Positions 37,826 through 40,945 of a stretch of DNA of 40,945 bases are shown one piece after another. This DNA is from Cyanophyceae cyanobacterium. GTDB lineage: Bacteria; Cyanobacteriota; Cyanobacteriia; Cyanobacteriales; Laspinemataceae. Made by a program: the position numbers and the translations under genes. Numbering within the stretch: the first letter of the stretch is position 1; each line of letters starts with the position of its first letter. Location: NCBI GenBank assembly GCA_038321985.1, contig JBBQFN010000045.1, positions 1 to 40,945 of the forward strand, read 5' to 3'. Below the pieces are notes generated by a model that did no database searches, was not told the origin of the DNA, and worked only from the letters and a program-made list of their open reading frames with translations.

Positions 37826-38089
37826 ATGGCAAAAAAACAAAAATTTCCCTATTTAGTCGGGTCCAAATGGACCTCACAACAAAAAACTTGGGGATGGAGA
37901 CATTTCCAAGTGGTAAATCGCAAAAATGAGGGCAAATGGGTCTTTGCAGAAATGGTTTCTGCTTGTGACCCAAACGTCCGCTTTTGGATTAATGCCACAC
38001 AATTTAAAGATAGAAACCTCTGGCAAGCAGGTTGGCAATCTTTACAAGAAATGCAATTCCAAACCGAAGAGGACCTAGTAGAACTCTAA
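37826..38089 (+). CDS. TIGR02450-type Trp-rich protein
   Basis: MAKKQKFPYLVGSKWTS...WGWRHFQVVNR...RFWINA..KDR.LWQAGW. The ORF-track start 37748 lies inside the REP. Confidence 0.85.
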   Translation: MAKKQKFPYLVGSKWTSQQKTWGWRHFQVVNRKNEGKWVFAEMVSACDPNVRFWINATQFKDRNLWQAGWQSLQEMQFQTEEDLVEL

Positions 38090-38141
38090 CTCACCTTTCA
38101 TGATACAGTCAGAAAAGAGAAATCACTTGCCCTAAATTTCC

Positions 38142-38993
38142 ATGAGTGCAGCGGTTACCGTCGAAAACGTCCAAAAAGTTTATAACAAAGTCCCGGTTGT
38201 CAATGACTTGTCTTTTAGTATTGAACCGGGAGAAATGTTTGGCTTGCTGGGACCCAACGGTGCCGGCAAATCCACAACAATTCGGATGCTAACCACCCTA
38301 ACAAAACCAACCAGTGGGAGTATCAAAATTGCAGGATATGATGTCCAGCGCCAACCCATCCAGGTGAAGCAGTGCATCGGCGTTGTCTTACAACAAGTCA
38401 GTGTAGATAACGACCTTACCGTCTGGGAAAATATGGAGTTTCACGGACGATTACATCATATTCCGAACCGGGAACGGCAAGAGAGAATCAAGCAATGGGT
38501 AAATTATGTAGAACTGGGCGATCGGCAAGACAGCCTAGTGAAAACCTTATCAGGCGGGATGAAACGGCGGTTACAAATTGCCCGAGCATTGTTACATCAA
38601 CCCGATATTTTATTTTTAGATGAGCCCACAGTCGGACTCGACCCTCAAACCCGACGCAGGTTATGGGAAATTATTAAAGATTTAAACCGCCAGGGGATGA
38701 CCATGTTGCTAACCACTCATTACATGGATGAGGTGGAATACCTGTGCGATCGCATTGGCATTATGGATGGGGGGAAATTAATTGAATTGGGGACACTCCA
38801 ACAGTTTAGAGAAAAACATGGAGAAGGGTTAGTAATGAAGCAAATAGGCGATCGGTGGGAATATAAATTTTTCTCAGACATTGCCGAAGCAAACGCCTAT
38901 CTTGAACAACAACCGGATAAAACCGGCTTAATGGTTCGTCCTTCTAACTTAGAAGATATTTTTGTCGAACTCACCGGACGTCAGTTAGACTAA
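38142..38993 (+). CDS. ABC transporter ATP-binding protein (DrrA/NodI-like exporter type)
   Basis: GPNGAGKST, LSGGMKRR, LFLDEPTVGLDP, TTHYMDE and C-terminal LEDIFVELTG. Confidence 0.93.
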   Translation: MSAAVTVENVQKVYNKVPVVNDLSFSIEPGEMFGLLGPNGAGKSTTIRMLTTLTKPTSGSIKIAGYDVQRQPIQVKQCIGVVLQQVSVDNDLTVWENMEFHGRLHHIPNRERQERIKQWVNYVELGDRQDSLVKTLSGGMKRRLQIARALLHQPDILFLDEPTVGLDPQTRRRLWEIIKDLNRQGMTMLLTTHYMDEVEYLCDRIGIMDGGKLIELGTLQQFREKHGEGLVMKQIGDRWEYKFFSDIAEANAYLEQQPDKTGLMVRPSNLEDIFVELTGRQLD

Positions 38994-39093
38994 TAGACTC
39001 AGAAAGTTTAACTAAACCAGTTAAATGTCGAACAAACTCCACAGCGTTTAAAATATGTTGTGGTCAGAGGTGTTGGATGCACGGAAATCGTCA

Positions 39094-39666
39094 ATGTCAA
39101 GTTTAGCCAGCCAGATTGAAGCCATACTGTACTTAAAAGGGAAACCGCTTGCGATCGCGGAAATTGCTGAATATGCCAACTGCGACAAAGAAACCGCAGA
39201 AGAAGCACTCATTCAACTGATTAACGATTATGCTCACCGAGACAGTGCGCTAGAAGTGCTAGAAACCGAAAACGGCTACAGTTTGCAACTGAGGGAAACC
39301 TTTCAAGACTTCATGCATCGCTTAATTCCAGCGGAATTAGGAGTCGGTGCCTTAAGAACTTTAGCAGCGATCGCCCTCAAAGGGCCCCTCAGCCAAACCG
39401 ACTTAGTAGAACTGCGCGGGTCAGGTGCTTATCAACACGTTCAAGAATTAGTCCTACAAGGGTTTGTCCGCAAACGCAGACAGCCCGAAACGCGATCGTT
39501 CTCCCTGCAAGTCACCGCCAAATTTCATCAATACTTTCAGTTAGATCAACTACCCAAACAGCTAGAATTACCCTTTCAACAAGACCCAAATCCAGAAATC
39601 GATGAACTTGAAGAATTCCCCGAAGAATTTCCAGAAGAATTCCTTGAAGAATCACCCACTGAATAG
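39094..39666 (+). CDS. scpB: SMC-Scp complex subunit ScpB
   Basis: IEAILY, GYSLQLR, ALRTLAAIALKGP..Q..LVELRG and VT.KF.QYF. ATG 39094 is the preferred start; acidic repeat tail. Confidence 0.9.
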   Translation: MSSLASQIEAILYLKGKPLAIAEIAEYANCDKETAEEALIQLINDYAHRDSALEVLETENGYSLQLRETFQDFMHRLIPAELGVGALRTLAAIALKGPLSQTDLVELRGSGAYQHVQELVLQGFVRKRRQPETRSFSLQVTAKFHQYFQLDQLPKQLELPFQQDPNPEIDELEEFPEEFPEEFLEESPTE

Positions 39667-39737
39667 AGAGGAATATAAGGCTTTGTGCTGCCATTTTTGC
39701 GGGTGTACTGTAAAAAAAACGATTGCAATCGGAGTTT

Positions 39738-39945
39738 CTACGCTTGACTCAAACCTTGTAAAAACTCCAGGACAATGCGATCGCTTTCTTCCGTACATTC
39801 GGTAACCGGGTAATGGTGGATGATGTGGATCCCCTGAGATTGGAGAAGGCGACTGGTTTCCGCCTCATCCTTGTCCCTATTCACCACGAGAATCCCTAAC
39901 TTACCGTCAAACAAACCAGAAAATGAGGGATTTGATTTGTCCCAC
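39738..39945 (-). pseudogene. C-terminal fragment of a putative DUF559/Vsr-like nuclease-fold domain
   Basis: DGKLGILVVN...RLLQSQGIHIIHHY..TEC...DRIVLEFL..LSQA resembles, from recall, the C-terminus of a cyanobacterial GKWGILEVDG family; N-terminus is missing. Confidence 0.4.
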
Positions 39946-39947
39946 CC

Positions 39948-40528
39948 TCCGCGGGGTGCCCGAGCATATAGTCGGGTTAATGACAAATCTATTCCTGATT
40001 CGTCAATAAATATCAAGTCTTTAGCTAGAATGCCTTGTACTAATTGCCAGAATTCTCTTCGTTTCTTTTGAACTCGTTCCCACTCTTTCTCGTCCGGATG
40101 CAGTGTTTTTTTTCGGGTTAAGTTCAGCTTGGAGAGCATCCTAAACATTGTCGAAAACCCGATCCGAATGCCGATAGCTTCTTCTTTGTAAGTTACAGAG
40201 TTCTGCTAAGGTTGCATCATTATGTGATTCCACAATAGTTTGTAATGTCTCCAGTTGTTCTGTATTCAATTTTGTTGGGGTTTGCTAAGTTCTCTCTTTG
40301 GGACCAATTTCTACGGTTTCTCGGTACTGTTTAGTTAATTTACGCACAAAACTATAAGCTACTCGAAATTATTGAGCAATTTTGCATTGTGGTATCTGGC
40401 CGTCAGTATATATATCAATAATTTTTTGCCGAAAGTCGAGACAGTACGGTTTCATTGGTGTTTGTTCTGTGCCTTTAATCTGTTTAAGATTATATCATAG
40501 CGGCCTCATTAGGTCGAAAACCGCTATA
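39948..40528 (-). mobile_element. Truncated, inactivated IS630-family element (left end plus 5' part of transposase)
   Basis: End TATAGCGGTTTTC at 40528; ATG 40455 MKPYCLDFRQKII..., DATLAELC, LNLTRKK and first catalytic LIFIDESG; contains stops and frameshifts and is cut after YARAPRG. Confidence 0.9.
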
Positions 40529-40653
40529 TTGCAATTACAGTTGTTGGAGATTTAGACTTTAAGCCAGTTTTACAGCACGTTCGCCGTCTTGGCAAGCGGG
40601 TTGCAATTGCGAGCATAAAAAATAACTGCTCTGTTTTAGCATTAATAGGCTAG
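40528..40653 (+). pseudogene. NYN (LabA/DUF88) domain C-terminal fragment interrupted by the IS630
   Basis: IAITVVGDLDFKPVLQHVRRLGKRVAIAS matches the NYN GDxDF.P....rr.GK.V motif and begins exactly at the TA of the IS end. Confidence 0.78.
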
Positions 40654-40803
40654 GAGGGTGGAAAATGCCCACTCTCTCCTAATCGTTTGATATAAAACTG
40701 ATAGCAGCTACAGAATCAGGAGAAGCGATTTCTGAGACGGGAAGTTTCCCTAACGTAGGGTAATTCACCGACAGTCTAACAGGGGAATTGAAGTTTTTCC
40801 ACG

Positions 40804-40847
40804 CAAAAAGCCACCTGTTCTATGTAGAGAAACAGGAGGCTTTTTTG
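40804..40847 (-). terminator. rRNA operon terminator (bidirectional-type hairpin)
   Basis: AAAAAGCC-ACCTGTT...AACAGG-AGGCTTTTTT, 12 nt beyond the 5S 3' end. Confidence 0.8.
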
Positions 40848-40859
40848 TTGTTAAAAGTG

Positions 40860-40945
40860 ACCGGGCACCGAGCTATTTTCCCAGGAGGCTACCCTCCAAG
40901 TATCTTCGCCGCAGTCGCGTTTCACGTCCGAGTTCGGGAAGGAGT
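40860..40945 (-). rRNA. rrf: 5S rRNA (3' part; runs off the window end)
   Basis: Reverse complement contains CCCGAACTCGG..GTGAAACGC...GCGGCGAAGATACT...GGGAAAATAGCTCGGTGCC, the cyanobacterial 5S pattern. Confidence 0.95.

Larger units (their letters stand above)
147..39784. repeat. HIP1 octamer GCGATCGC, dispersed
   Basis: About 50 copies counted by eye, far above random expectation for an 8-mer in 41 kb; hallmark of cyanobacteria. Confidence 0.95.

Noticed and set aside
38142..38993. Naming the ABC ATPase ccmA (heme export)
   Set aside because: The sequence fits generic DrrA/NodI-like exporters, with no ccmB/ccmC or permease nearby; no symbol assigned.
105..39805. Remaining short antisense or nested ORFs in the ORF track
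   Set aside because: They lie within or overlap well-supported genes on another frame or strand and show no recognisable motifs.
39738..40148. 136-aa ORF as an active transposase
   Set aside because: Only the first Asp of the DDE triad is present, the upstream part has stops and frameshifts, and the C-terminus is foreign.
1..40945. CRISPR array, cas genes, tRNA, prophage or integrase
   Set aside because: No regularly spaced 25-40-bp repeats with unique spacers, no cloverleaf and no such proteins seen; the tandem repeats found are coding repeats.

Overview
Cyanobacterial chromosome segment. The HIP1 octamer GCGATCGC occurs about 50 times by eye, and the psbU, btpA, ycf35 and ycf46 genes plus the repeat types suggest a filamentous Oscillatoriales-like organism (inference). 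The backbone is housekeeping: ycf46-ycf35, an IMPase/CysQ-family gene, DUF58, btpA, VKOR-Trx, nadB, psbU, DUF3120, uppP, a TIGR03279-type radical SAM gene, a PadR/RND efflux operon, S9 peptidase, rhomboid, TIGR02450, an ABC ATPase, scpB and the 3' end of an rRNA operon (5S). Three signalling genes are interleaved: CHASE2-PAS-GGDEF, FHA-adenylate cyclase and a Ser/Thr kinase-ATPase-GAF-His kinase. The most interesting items lie outside the standard annotation. (1) A 74-aa secreted-looking peptide carrying only the DUF928-like PP..G.P....GAGTR-C motif sits directly behind the CHASE2 diguanylate cyclase and is a candidate peptide-receptor c-di-GMP system. (2) A 3.3-kb stress-type islet (18-aa-repeat LEA-like protein, LuxR-HTH relic, metallophosphoesterase) is bracketed by a decayed and an intact padR copy. 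(3) A ~250-nt structured leader or sRNA precedes btpA. (4) A TA-flanked MITE with an internal REP-like hairpin has ends resembling an IS630 relic in the same window and is followed by an unannotated 48-aa ribbon-helix-helix gene. (5) A TPR-like tail is cut off by two in-frame stops. (6) A mosaic of IS630, NYN and nuclease-like relics lies next to the rRNA terminator. No CRISPR array or tRNA was seen. All family assignments come from motif recognition, not database searches.
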